A stretch of 63,854 bases of DNA, counting the filler, from Choristocarpus tenellus KU-1152 (lineage: Eukaryota; Protista; Phaeophyceae): assembly GCA_964200185.2 (NCBI GenBank). It is 10 parts of 10 records of this genome, joined end to end, with 100 filler letters (N's around TTAATTAATTAA, not from the genome) between each part and the next. Parts side by side here need not be neighbours in the genome. Positions count along the whole stretch, not along the records: positions 16,891 to 35,193 come from CAXNAD020000565.1; positions 35,294 to 40,879 come from CAXNAD020010341.1; 8 more parts are not named here. One strand, written 5' to 3'. How positions within the stretch are numbered: position 1 is the stretch's first letter; every line of letters starts with the position of its first letter. Both the position numbers and the translations under genes were made by a program. Shown one piece after another: positions 22,960 to 36,600 of this stretch. Below the pieces are notes generated by a model that was not told the origin of the DNA, ran no database searches, and was given only the letters and a program-made list of their open reading frames with translations.

Positions 22960-25170
22960 GTTCGCTAGTTTCGCCCTGTGGCCAACAACGCAATTATGGG
23001 AAGAGATCAGCGAAGCAGAGCAAGGAACAGAGTACAGGCACATTTTCCTCCCCTCAACCCCCCTGGTAGAAACAGGAAAATAGGTAGCCTTTTCGTCCGG
23101 GGATAACCAATATGGGTGTTAAATCGATCCTGCGGAAATTTGACGCTTGAACACATTTCAAAATTGCTGGTCCTCTGCACAGGTGCGCAGAGATTTAAGG
23201 ATACTCAGCGGTAGGTGAGGGTAAAACTTTAGATTCTGGGATACAGCACATGCCCTCACCTCCACAAGGAGCATGCACAGCCCAACACAGCGAAATGCAA
23301 CAGAGTTAGAGGTTTGGTTGTCCTATTTCATACTTTTAAATTTGAGTTTTGACAACAAGAGGTGTACCATATATCGGTCATTGATGGCGCGTATCATATC
23401 GTATAATGTAAATTTGAACTCCAGGTCTTTGGACGAGACCACATTTTTAAGCTGGTTTTTTTTAACCTTGGGGAACCTCTCCCTAAACTGCCCCGTGTCT
23501 TGAATCCTTAACATTTCCTAAGATTGTTGATCATTCAAGTTGTTAAAAGGTACCTACCTTACACAGGCAGGTCCACAACTTAAAATATAACAAAATATTA
23601 GTCTTGGAAGGCGTACAACATGTAGTCCTAGTCGATTCTACCTACTACACCACCAGCGTAAAACAAAAGACCAAATAGAGAGTGAGGTACCTTTTGTCAT
23701 TCTGAAAAGGTGTGACATAATGCTTCATGATGATAGGGGGAGGAAGGTTCTGCAGCCTGACAACAATGATGGCAGAAGAATTTCCTGGGCACATCCTTAC
23801 GCGGTGAGGCCTTGTCTCAATCAGTTGGATCAAGGCAACAAAATTGATGTTGTGCAAAGGGACTCGGATCTGACAGAAAAGCCAGATAAGACCAACCTTA
23901 GGAAGTTGTCACGCTACTCGGCAGATTCTGGAGGAGCACCCCTTTGATTACCGACAGAGTCACTCCTCCTATCCTTACTTCAGGTAGGAGAATACCCGTC
24001 TTATTCCACCCTAATGAGTTTAAATAACCATCATCAGCTCTGACTCACGCTTCCTTCAAAGACCCCTGTAAGCACAGACGCCACTCTGGTGCATCCTCAA
24101 AACCCAGCTAGCTATGTAAGATGTATTTGGTAGATACAGTCACTCCTATATGCATACATATGGGAAGAGTACGACTTGTTCCTCCTTCATTGATGAAAGT
24201 CACATACTGTAACTGAATCAGTGTGTCAACATTTGCTGACATCACCGTGCATGTACATGTCCCAGCCTTCAAGGAAGGACTGTTTAGGTACTCTTTGTTC
24301 ACCACAACGGACTAAATGTGCACATGCCATGAACCACAGTGCAAAAAATATGTAAATGTGTCTTCTCTTAAAGGAATTGTTGATCAACCGAGACAGTGCA
24401 TTATTACTGAAACATAATGTCTTCTAATGTGGTACAGTGTACACCAAGTGAAAAAAATATTGTGCACACACAATTTAAAACACCCTTGAGCGTAATACCT
24501 GGTGCTTCACTAGACACATTAATGATCCGTGCCACTTGCACACTCCTCTACGACTTCAGTACTATCATTTCTACCTGTAGCTGGGTCTCCTCACTGCCCC
24601 CCCAAAATCGGCACGTCATCACCCCCAGACTCACCACTTATCAAGGGAGTATAATGTACATCTCTGAAGTGCATGCCTAGGAAAAAATCACAGTTCTACT
24701 TCCTCAGCATACCCTTCTTAAAAAAATGACCGAAATCCTAAACCAGAGAGGCATAGTTCATTCAACACATAGTAACATCATATGCTTTGTTACTAGCAAG
24801 CACACACATCCATGACAAGAAACATCCACAGCACTTTGACCAGAACAGGGCAGCACACACTACACAGCTTGAAAAGGGATAAGAATCCACACGTAATGGA
24901 GGCAAGGCTGCACGCACAAAGGTTGATCCCTATTCATAGATTTCTGCATCCACTTAACCCCCCCTCCCCCCACTTTTCTCTACCTGAAACATAAACCTCT
25001 CACACAATCACATCCCCTTTATCTGCCCACCTACCAACCCCCACATCTGCCTCCCTTTGCGAGCGAAGGCAGAGGCAGCAAAAAATCACACAAAAAACAT
25101 GGAACAAAAGCACTAATTGAGGTACATGCTGTCGAAAGTACCCAATACATGTGATTTCATCTTTCCCTCA

Positions 25171-28100
25171 TCATCCAACCACCTCTGCATCAACAACTCC
25201 CCCTTCCATGGTTGATGTTGTAGACACTGCTCCTGCAGCCCCCACCTTGTCCTGAAGCATGGTAGTGACTCTCTTTGCAAAGGCTGCAGGGTCATCAATG
25301 TTGTAACCACCGGTAAGTGCTGCTACATCATACAGAAGCAGAGCAGTCTGCTTGGTCTCCTCTGCATTGGGTGCTGACTGGTGGCTAGCCTTCAGTGCCT
25401 GGATGACAGGGTGGTCCACATTGATCTCCATGATCGCCTACAGAAGTGAAAAACATAAAGATTCACAGGGGTCATGTTGATATGAATCTGGAATGAGGGC
25501 ACAAAAAAGACCAGCACTTAATTAATTGTCTTTAACCTCTGAAACGCAACTTCAAGCGCCACTGCTGTCCAGACAGAAAAAAATCAACATCCACCAAGCA
25601 ATGACTGACCCACATCCTAAAACGCTCCACTTTATCTATTACAAGACAGTATTGATCTCTTTCCGGGCAATCTCACAAGAAAATATGGACATTCTTCAGG
25701 ACATACCTGTTGTGCTGCCCCACTAGATGAATCCTGCTCGCCAAATGCAACAGCTTGAGCACGCATGTAGCGTGCCATGGTGGGAGACATTCCATATGCA
25801 GACTGGACAAGTGTTGCAGGCGAATCGACAAGCCTCTGAGATACCTCCACCTTCTGCACACGCCCTTCCCCAAGCTGGTTCTTCAACCACTCTCGGAAGT
25901 CTGCGCATGATAACAGATAAAGGGAGGAGGAAGGCTTGATCAGAGATGCTTCAATAGTAGATACTGCATTATGGTGTATCACCAATTGTGGATGTTATCA
26001 ACACCTCTCGATCTCCCAACCCACTTTTATAAAAAATTACAGAAATAGCAAGGTCTCCAAAAATGTCCTTGAAATATACTTCAAAGATACAGCACCTTCC
26101 ATACAATCCCACCAGTCCAATTTTCACAGTCCCAAACCCCCACCTGTTCACCATCAACATCAAAAAACGAAAACTTACACAGAAACCTAGTACTACCCTA
26201 TCACTATCTACTCCAGAATACTTGTAAAACAAAAGACACCATTAATGTATCCATAGAAACATACCATTTTGAGGGTACACTGCATACAACACACACACTC
26301 GTCATTTCACATCAATAAATTCAAGCAAAAAGGTTTACCATGAATTGTACAAAAATCACACACACAAAAGAACATAAAAAGAAAAAAAGAAATATCTTAC
26401 CCTCAGTCTCCCCTGTCTGCTCTGCCTTCTTAGTCTTCTCATCTTCGCTGTCATCCAACTCAACATTCTCCTTCCCCAGGTCCACTAGGGACTTGCCCTC
26501 AAACTCTCCGATGGACTGCATCGTAAGCTCATCCAGCGGCTCAGTTGAGAAGAGCACATCGTACCTGGTATCGAAACAAGGTAACACCCACACAACATTT
26601 ACAAACATACGAGATAATGCCAAACCAATATTTACACACACACCAAAAATCAAAAAAGAGTGTGAAGAGAGTAAGAAACATGCACTACAATCTGTAGCCA
26701 TGGAATGTGTCGTCGTAGCTGTGACAAAATGTGGAGCTATACACCTTCCAAGTATATGTAGATTTTTTCAAACCCAGGAATACTACTTGGTATCACCACT
26801 GTAGATTTCTAACATACATATTTCTTTGATACAAGTTGGATCTATTACAAGATTTGATTTTTATTACATGTTCAGACCCCACACGTATCCCATACTGTAC
26901 CAACCATTCAACACACCATAGATAAATTGTCCAATACCTAATACCCAACGGTGCTCGATTTTATATTTCAACCGTCACCGTCTAATCGAATCTATCCTTA
27001 CCCAAGTGAGTTAGCCTTCTCAAGAGCAGGTGCCATCTTAGCAGATTCCCTCGACTCAGCAGTGACGTAGTAGATAGACTTTTGCCCCTCCTGCACAAAA
27101 AAGCAAGGTCAGACAAGCACCAACGAAACGGGGTTAAAAAAACTTACATCACTCTTGAAGGTTCACCATCAGTAGTGCACTTCAATAGGGTAACTGAGGG
27201 TCAGCAATAAAGTTATTGAGTCAATTTTTCAATTCTGTGCGAGACCAGGAAGAGCACATGCATGGAGTTGAAGACAAACAAGCTACCTATAACCCACATC
27301 AGATGTACAAAAAAAAATAAACAGGACAGTACGCGACACGGAACACAAATACACACAATTAAAATTTGAAGCATCCTGCTACCAACAAACAACTCAAGGA
27401 AACACCAGCTACACCGCATGCATCGCTGACAGTAGACAAGACCTAAATTCTAAACCGCCACCCTATCATTGTTTGAGGTGTGTTTCCGGAGACAACACCC
27501 GTGTGAAGTGTCGACAAAATTCACACACATATCTATAGTCAAGGCAAGTATCATTACTGCAACAAGAAACTGTAGACATCAATCTCATCATCCACTTGAA
27601 CAATTTTTCAAATATAACCTTACTAAATTACAGCAGTTTCAACGAATAAAAATCATTACTGACAGACCTTCATGTTCTGGGTGTACTCCTCAAGCGACTG
27701 CACCTCCTCCCCAGACTTGCTCGTGTAGAAGCGGCACAGCTTGGCCAGCTCCTGCTTCATGTCCTCATCTTCTACCACTCCAACCTTGATGTACTTACCG
27801 AAGTTTTCCCCTACAGCCAGGTTACCACCACACAAGCCATCAGGTAAGGATAACAAGATCCAGTGTGTGCACTAAGTATAATTATCAAGCTCTCTGTTTC
27901 AACAGAAACAACCTCTCCCTTGGACAAGACCATGCTCAGAATATCCTCACACAGAGAAATATTTTGATAAAAATGAGACAACTAAACCACCAACTCAACA
28001 ATTCTTGCTCCATCGTATACAACACAAGCTTCTCTTACTGCATACCAAATTGGATTTCCAACACAAAAGTATACCCTCCAGAGAAGAACACACAGCCGCA

Positions 28101-31100
28101 ATATAAAGACTTTTCACCTTAAAAAAAGACAAAAACGGCTCAAATCGCAGCTACACCTCAATAAATATCAAGGTAGACTAATTGTGCACTCACAGAAGAT
28201 CTTGTACTTGGCCTTGTCCTCAGACATCTTGGTGAACATATCAATGGACTTACGAACCAGGCGTTTGCTGATCACGTTCAACATCTTAGAGCGCTGCAAA
28301 ATCTCTCTTCCCACATTGAGCGGCAGGTCTTCAGAGTCCACCTGCCCAATCACAGTTCACCAAAGGGCAGGAGGATACTTAAGCATCAATTCTTACAATA
28401 CACAGAGCAAGTATGTGGGGGTAGAGAAAGGCATGGAGCTGGCTGTCTCTCATTGCAAGACATGGTCTACTCTATCCATCTCACGCACTCTGAAATTGCT
28501 TCAAAGCACCTCTATAACCCTTCCCACTGTCCTCTACAACTCACCACACCACGGAGGAACATCAGCCACCTTGGAAGGAGCTCCTCAAACTTATCGTTGA
28601 TGAAAACACGCTTCACATACAAGCGCATGTTTCGGCTGGTCTCATCAAACATGTTCCTGCTCAGTTCGTAGGGAAGCACACTAGGCACAAAGAGCATAGC
28701 ACGGAACTCCACCTGAGACACAGAAGACAATACACACATGGGGTTCGAACCAAAATAGGCGTCATGAGGAGAGGCACATCTGATCACTACATAGATGTTG
28801 CTTGCAAAGGTTCACTTTCAAAGTTCTCGTGGTATCAGGAAGTGACCACTCCGTATGATAACATTCAACTCTGAATTTTTTCCATAAGAACAGAGGGGGA
28901 ATGGGGCACTCTTGTGACAAGCAAAAACGCTTTGATTGTGTCTGTGAGGCAAGTATGCTCGTACAGGCTACCAACCCACCGGTCCATAGTAGCCAAAATC
29001 CTAGACTAAAATAAAACCCTTATAGTCACAACAATTCCAATGCTATTAAACAGTAATGGCTGGCACCTTCTGATCACAAGCAACTCAACACAACCACACA
29101 TTTCCTGCACATACCCAACCATCTGGACACTGCACCCTTGTTGGATCACACCAAAAAACACATAATACTACTCTGAAACACACCTGTCCTTCAAGAGAGA
29201 AGTGTGTGTGCGCTGCAAGCTCATCCCAGGCCTTGAAGGTAGCTTTGTAGAACTCCTCATACTCCTTCTCAGTGACCTCTTTGGGGCTACGCATCCAGAT
29301 GGGCTTCATCTTGTTCATTGTCTGTGACAAAATAACAAGCAGCGTAATGCACGTATCAGAGAAAAGGGTAAGGGTCGGCAAGATCCTTTTTTTGCAACAC
29401 AGGGTTAACTGCCTCATTTCACGATGCTGTTTATCTCCATTACCTGCATCTTCCGCATGGCCATTGAACACAATAAACAACCCACCAATTAAAAACATTA
29501 CAACTGAGATTCCTGAAGTTCTTTATAACACAGAAGGGGTCGAGGTAACTAAAAAGCTGTCTGAACAGATGAGTGCATGGTACGCAACCAAAACAATGTG
29601 TAACCACTCTCTCTTACGCACACACTACAAAGGAAAGTGGTTCATTGAGACATGTAATAGTGTGATTCCTTGCTAGCACTTGCCTCCCACTCCATAGAGG
29701 TCCTGGTTACAGTCTTCGTCTTGGGCTCTTCTCCCTCAGCCACCTCCTGGGAAGTGTCAGGGACCTGGTCGTAGTTGGTCTTTTCTGACCATACCTCAAT
29801 TGGGAAGGAGATGAACTCAGAGTAGCGCGTGGTGAGCTCCTTAATCTTTCAAAAGTAACAGCAGATCAGAAAACAAAACAGCAGCAGTAGACAAGGAACA
29901 GGTTAGTGGATACCACGTTAGAAATCCCATCAAGGAACCCAACTGAAAATATAAACGCAAGAACAGAAGCAAGGCATGAGAAAAGCTTTTCTTTTGTGTG
30001 ACAACTATCAAGTAATATTCAGAGAAGCAACATGAGGTACATACAATATAGAAAAGGAAACAGGACACGCCTTCGACATACAGAAAGAGCACCCAGGTAG
30101 TGGCACTTCCTTAAAACGATGACAAATACTACAAACCTTGAAGTCATCAAGGTATTCTTCAGCATCCTCCTTGAGGTGCAGCACAAGCCGAGTGCCACTG
30201 CTTTCGAGGGGCTCAGTCTCATCCTTGGCAATAGTGTAGGAGTTCCCTGCGCCAGACTCCCAGCGGTACTGCAGGTTGTACAGTGGGCAATACTTCAGTC
30301 AGTGTAGGGGAATTAGTGATTTGCCCAATGGAGTAAAGGACCAAGGATAACAAATATAGTGTTTAGACAGTTGCAGTGTCTTGTACTACTCTTTACTAGT
30401 ACACCATAAACTTCTCTCAGCTCTACTATGCCTTACCTGCCTTGTTCCTGTTACTACATCTTACAAAATGTCATAAATTTGAAACAAGAAACACTCAATC
30501 CTAGGTGCAACATAGGGCTAGAGGGGGTGGTGCAAGTCTGACTGGCAAGTAAGGGACAAAACAGCACATAATTTTTCTCACTGTGTGTTTTGACACTCAC
30601 TTCAAATGTTCTGCTTGGTCAAGAAACAACCAGTACTGATAAATTCAAACAGTAAGTCATCTACCAAGAGTATGTTTATAGCAACCACAACAAAAACTAC
30701 AATTAATTAACGTACCTGTTGTTTTGACTTTAAACAATATGATAATATACAGATAGTGAGAGTTAATTGCGAAACAACATAATAAGAGCAGCTGCTCCTA
30801 TTGTTTTCTCACCTGTGGAGAGTCAGGACTCTTGCAACTCCTGGTGAACACTGTCACCTTGTCCGCCACCAGGAAAGAAGAGTAGAATCCCACCCCAAAC
30901 TGGCCAATCAAGGACATATCTGATTCCCCCCCCTAAACTCCACAGATTGAATCAGAGGGCCAACAGAGGGTACGAATGTGTTTAAGTGTTCAAGTGTTCA
31001 AGTGGCATATGGAATAGGTGCGATGTGTGCCAGAGGTCATATGGGCTATCACTACCAACATGCTCTTCGTGACGAAAGTATATTTGTCCCTTTTCCAAAA

Positions 31101-32008
31101 TCCAATCAACAAAATCCCCGTGAACGTGAAAAATCAGTTCCGCCGGCATTAAAAAATATAGTAGAATCAATTCCACAATGATGCAACGGCCTTAGCATTC
31201 TCACTGGGCAAAGAGGGAAATGAGGTGATCTACCGTATCGTCCTTTCTTCGAAAACTGTCGAAAATTCACCTTCATGGCATCCATGAACTTGGCGGTACC
31301 AGACTCGGCGATCTTGCCAAGGTTGTTCATAAGCTCGTCTTTGGTCATGCCAACCCCCGTGTCCTCGATGATGAGGGTCTTCTGATCCTGGATAAAGGCA
31401 ACGGGCAAAGAAAAAAGCATTGACGATTACATTAACCTCAAGTTGAACCGACCATTATCAAATATTTCAGAGAGGATGCGGCGAGTGCTATAGTAGAGCG
31501 TAAGATGTGTTTGCATACTCCAGATGTTGGCATCCTTTCAGAGGGAACAAACCTTGTCAGCACGGACACGGATGCGGTAATCTGGACCTGAATCCTCTCC
31601 ACCCTCAGTGATGGACAGGAAGCGTTTCTTGTCGCATGCATCCGCAGAGTTGGAGATGAGCTCTCGCAGGAAGACATCCCTGTTAGAGTACAACGAGTTG
31701 ATGATGATGTCCATCACCCGCCCAACCTCCGCCTGGAACTCGAATTTTTCAGGTTCCTCTGCCACAGTTGTGGTTTCGGTCGATTCGACGGTTGCCATCC
31801 TAACGGGCACTGACATGGTGGATGGCCGAGTCGAACGGCGGATCCACGTGCTCCTTTTCACCACCGGGACATTTTGAGCAGCCTGAGGGGCTCTGCGTGA
31901 GAGGACACTGCTGGCACGGTGTGGGGCCATACCTCCAGTGAAGGCAGTGGTGTTGACTGCCAGCGACAGACCAATCAGAGCGGCATACGCCCGCGAAGCT
32001 CCTGCCAT
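25171..32008 (-). CDS. HSP90: HSP90 chaperone, plastid-targeted type (~13 exons, apparently complete)
   Basis: [108 protein letters not shown] and [11 protein letters not shown]-terminal signal peptide followed by TTAF and an Arg/Ser-rich transit peptide. No MEEVD or KDEL/HDEL C-terminus. Confidence 0.95.
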
Positions 32009-32342
32009 GGTTTCACCCAGCTGTGACAATAGTTTGAGCGATGGGGGTTAACGCTGTAGGGGACGAGATGTTTGCGCTGAGCACCACCTAGCCAAAGGCT
32101 GTGTCAGCTTGAAGTTTGATGTGTGGGGCTGAGCGACGTCCACATGGTAAGGACATCTCGAAAAAATGACCTTGAGGAGGCGTGTTTGTAACCGATTTGG
32201 TTCTTACATGACCAGTCGTACCCTCATACTTACACTAGTGATTTATTGGTATTCCTGAACGATCACTCGAGAATCTAAACTGATTCTGTCGACTCCACTT
32301 GGCTACTTGTGCTCACTGGATCTCACCGCCGAATTCTAGCCC

Positions 32343-34731
32343 ATGGAGAGCCGGCGGCCGGCTACAAAATGTGTCATGGCATTCTGGACACGTTTGGACG
32401 AGCTGCGACGACGGGAGTCACTTGAACTCCTACGACGACCCCTGCTCATGTACAACCTCTTCCCCTCATCGAAAGACCCGAACTCGGCCAGCATTACAGG
32501 AGAGGAGCTCAAGAAGCTTGTCCGCTACTGGAAGTTACACGAAGTGCGGGGATTCTGGAGGGCTCATCCTGACCCTAATGATCTGGCTGAAGTGCTCCTG
32601 CAATACATGGCCAGTATGGAACTATTCATCAAAGACGAGCCCAAGGCCGAGAAGGCTTCGATGTGCGTTCCCCCACGGGTATTCAAAAGAGGTACCCCAA
32701 TTTTAGTGTGCCGTCACCTATGGTCAGTCTTGTTCAACAGATATTGCCGCCAGGTGTTTTGCCCTCAGATGCCAATCCTCTTTTTTCTGCATCATCCGAA
32801 CCACTTTTTATTACTACTCGCTATATTATTTTACAGTTCGGTTTTAAGCTGTCCCCTTTCGAGCAGGATAATAGCTTCTCTACATGTATGTTGCACGAAC
32901 TAAATAGATTTGTCGTTCCACATTACAGGCCAAATGTGGTGGTGCGTACACCTCATCCGCCATGTGAATCTAGGCACAGAGTACGACGTCCTTCCTCCAG
33001 GACAAGCAAGTCCAAAGGTTTACAGCCATACAGTGGGGACTTGTTCCACACTCTGTGGGAGAAGGCGGAAGGCATTGCTTTGATGTCTCGCTTCAAGTAC
33101 CACTGGGTCAGTCGTAAATAAAGCGCGTCACGTCGGAATGAACTTGATTGATAGGTGTGAAATTCTCGGCCATATTTCAAATACCTGCAATGTTGGCTCT
33201 GTCATCTCGATTGCTGCGGTCTGACTTCACCACCGAGGCTATTATTAGAAAAAGAACTTACCTAACTGTAGCAGAATCCAGAGTCTCCCGGCAACAAAAA
33301 TAGTACAATGCTCCAGAATCAATAATCACTACTGCCCCAATCAGGAATTCGACGACCAATCTCACAAGGAAGGAAATGGGTCACTGAGAGAGGGCTATCC
33401 CCCCTCTTCTGACACTCTAAGGGGAGGATGTCACAGCAGCTACGACAAGATGGATGATATTAATGACAGGTTTGCTCCGCTCCATGCATACTAACGTAAT
33501 CAAGCAACAACTAGATGTCAAAACTGTGTAGTATAGGGTGAAAATTACATGTGTGGACTTCCCTCCAATTGATTGTCAAGAGATATGGTACTGGCAGCTA
33601 ACAACATTAACTACTTTGCACAGACACACCAAATTTACCAAAGTTGTGATTCATGTGCACAATAGCGCAGACGCCTTGATGCTTTACCACTGTTACTTGA
33701 AACGAGTAAAGCCCCTTTATGACAGTTTTGTGTGTCTGCACAAAGGTGTGACTCTCGGTATTTTCTTTCTCATACCTTTGAGGACATCTTCCCTACTACT
33801 GGTGTTCGCAGAGACATAGTACATGAAGTCTTCATTTCTATCAATGGTGCAATATGAGTGACAACAACGTTTTCATTATAATATGTCTAAGCTCTCTACT
33901 CAACGAAACAGTGTGACCTGAACGTTCATGGTATGCAAAATGAGACACTGTAGTGATAGCGCCAGCAAGTTAGAAAGGAAAAAATTCACACCGAACTTGG
34001 CCAATGGATGCTAAGGCCAGAGAGAGAGTCCCTACAGAGAGAGATAAGAGGCTCTATACTGTTGTCTCCACTTATCCAGCCCCATCCCCATTTGCTGCAG
34101 AAGGTTTCTAGAAAGTGCGTTGTCTAGTGGGTCAAGAAATATGCCACCAGAGAGAACCCTCAAGAAGGCTTGTCTTTCTGCAGTCCGTCAATTTTAACAC
34201 TAAAAAATCTTCAAAGTAGCATCTGTGCCATATGACAGGGCCTCTGTGGAGAGTGAGATCACGATGCTAGATCAGCAGAGTCTGGCACCTCTGGAAAACG
34301 AAGGAGGGTTTGGGGATAACCTTTCAGGACAGTGGAGCATTAGTCAAGACATGGTAAGAATTGCATTCCTCTCCCCACCTGTCACCTACTCCCCATCCAT
34401 TGTACCCTCTCCCTCAAACCCATGACCCCTGCCCTCCCTTCAACATCTCCTTTCCCTTTCCAATCACAGTGTCGTTAACTCTTCACTCCACTCTTATCAC
34501 CTCCACAATCATGGTCTTGTCACCAGTTGGATCTGGCAACGAAGGTGACAAGGCAGCTCTACACCTTCTCCCTATCCCCTGGAAGTGAGGCGGCGTTGGT
34601 TGAAGAGGGGACTCTGGAGGTGTTGGAGCAGTGCGCACTGTCATCATCCACCCTTGTCCTGGACTATTGTGCCGCCATAGTGTGTAACATTGCGATGGAT
34701 CCGTGTATCCATGAAGCTGTTGCTAGAAAAA
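32343..34731 (+). CDS. Uncharacterised protein with an armadillo-like helical segment (5' part), divergent from HSP90
   Basis: Exons ~32343-32661, 32929-33106, 34240-34353 and 34527-34731. EAALVEEGTLEVLEQCALSSSTLVLDYCAAIVCNIA resembles an ARM repeat. Confidence 0.55.
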
Positions 34732-35555
34732 GTGAGGGAGTGGAAGATAATTTCGAAGTATAGCCCACTGTATTACAGCTTTGACAAGGACTCCCCCTGC
34801 CATAGGCATTGATTCCGTCTAAAGTAAATCAGTTGAGATGATGGAGCCGGTGTAGGAGAATGAAATGTGGTACACTGAAGAGACAACATTTGAATAGGGG
34901 TTGAAGGTGCAACGGCTTGTTGCGTCTAGCGCTCAATTGAAGGCATAGGTAAAAGTGGATGGATACAATAATGAATAGCTACTAAGACTTCAGGGTTATA
35001 TTTGCACATGTTGGCATCAGACTAAGGAATCCAGTCTATGTTGTGAAATGCTCTTGATGTTTGTACCCAGACAGGGTCCTTTAATCGCGCCTGTATTGTT
35101 GGAAGTTGCCTCATGTCCCCACCTGGCTCAAAGTATCTGGGAGGGGGTGGCGGCTGTCCATTTGGGGTCAATTTTTCTTGTCGCGATTTTTGGNNNNNNN
35201 NNNNNNNNNNNNNNNNNNNNNNNNNNNNNNNNNNNNNTTAATTAATTAANNNNNNNNNNNNNNNNNNNNNNNNNNNNNNNNNNNNNNNNNNNNTCTCTGC
35301 AACCCACCTTTGGTAGGCGTTTTGGATTGGCGTTAGCAGAGTAGTGTGTTTTTTAATCGTGCGGAAAAAACCCCCCCCCCCCCCCCCCTCCCCTCCCCCC
35401 CTGCTTAAACTTCAGCATTTAGTGACAAGGTTGTTGATTGCAATCCTCCTGCTACAAACATGTTGGGGCTATCGATTGTTTACTGATCCCTTCAAATTTT
35501 GGGTTAGTGACCCTATTGATAATACATAGCCTGCAACTTAACCACCTGCTTGGGT

Positions 35556-35613
35556 TATGTCTATGTCTATGTCTATGTCTATGTCTATGGTTGTGTCTGT
35601 GTCTGTGTCTATG
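35556..35613. repeat. (TATGTC)n/(TGTGTC)n microsatellite
   Basis: Direct hexamer repeats visible in the sequence. Confidence 0.9.
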
Positions 35614-35631
35614 CCTTGCGTGTCAAACCAG

Positions 35632-36600
35632 GTGATAAGCTCACGGTGTCCGCAGGGGAGGGGTTTGCATCGAGGGTGAAGGCGGAGTTGGACACATTGC
35701 AGGAGGTGCTGTGGAAGGAGGCGTCTGATTTCCTTGCTGAGAGGTACAGTTGACCGGTTGACAAGTAGTATTTGAGCACCGAGGTGTTTTGTGTTGGGCA
35801 AGCGGGCGAAGAGGCTGGGTCTTCTGAAGTAGAAAACCAGGGCCCCTAAGGAGTGTCTTCTGTACCTTGTGGGAAGACAGATTGCAAAGGGTCAAGTCTA
35901 TGAGATGTGCATTATTATGTTTTTGGAGTTCGATGTTCTGTTGCAGTGGTTGGAAAGGGTATGATATGCAATCTGGGTGGGAAGGAGAGAGTCAGGTATT
36001 CCAGTGGTTGCAGTGGTTGTAGCAGTCTCGTAAGATGAGGTTTGGTTTCATTAATGGTATGGATAGTATGATATGACTGAGAAGAATTGGTTGTAACTGC
36101 CACAGGAGTAGGATCGTGTTTACACCTTGGCCTTTCTTGATTAAACACACACACACATACATACCCTGAGCAGGGATTTCAATGGTACAGCCACTGCACT
36201 GTTCCGAGAACCTTCCTTGTTTATTTTGTAAAATTGTTTTATGTTGTTAGTATGTTGTTGATGCAAGTAATGTTACATGTTGGTATACCCTCAAACTCAC
36301 CTGCAACTGTTCTATTTTTATTATCTTACTTCAAGCAGATCCCTAGCCCCTGATCCATTATCGCCATCTTACATTCGTCACCCTTGAAACAATACCCAAC
36401 TTGGACTGGGGGCTGGGGGGGTGGGGGGGGGGGGGCATGGCCATAAATAATGGCAGGACAATATTCTGCTCCTCTTATAAGGAGATGAAGGACCACATGG
36501 AGAGTGGGGATGCATCTAGACAGGGTATGTACCTTGTACCATGGACATGTGATGAGCTCAATGAGGTTGCTATCCAGGAGGACTCCAAGGCCACAGTCAG
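35632..36600 (+). CDS. Prolyl-tRNA synthetase (eukaryote/archaeal type), C-terminal exons (partial)
   Basis: GDKLTVSAGEGFASRVKAELDTLQEVLWKEASDFLAER|TIFCSSYKEMKDHMESG...LVPWTCDELNEVAIQEDSKATVR resembles the ProRS C-terminal domain (PW...E..IKEETKAT.R). In-phase GT-AG intron at 35744-36456. Confidence 0.65.
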
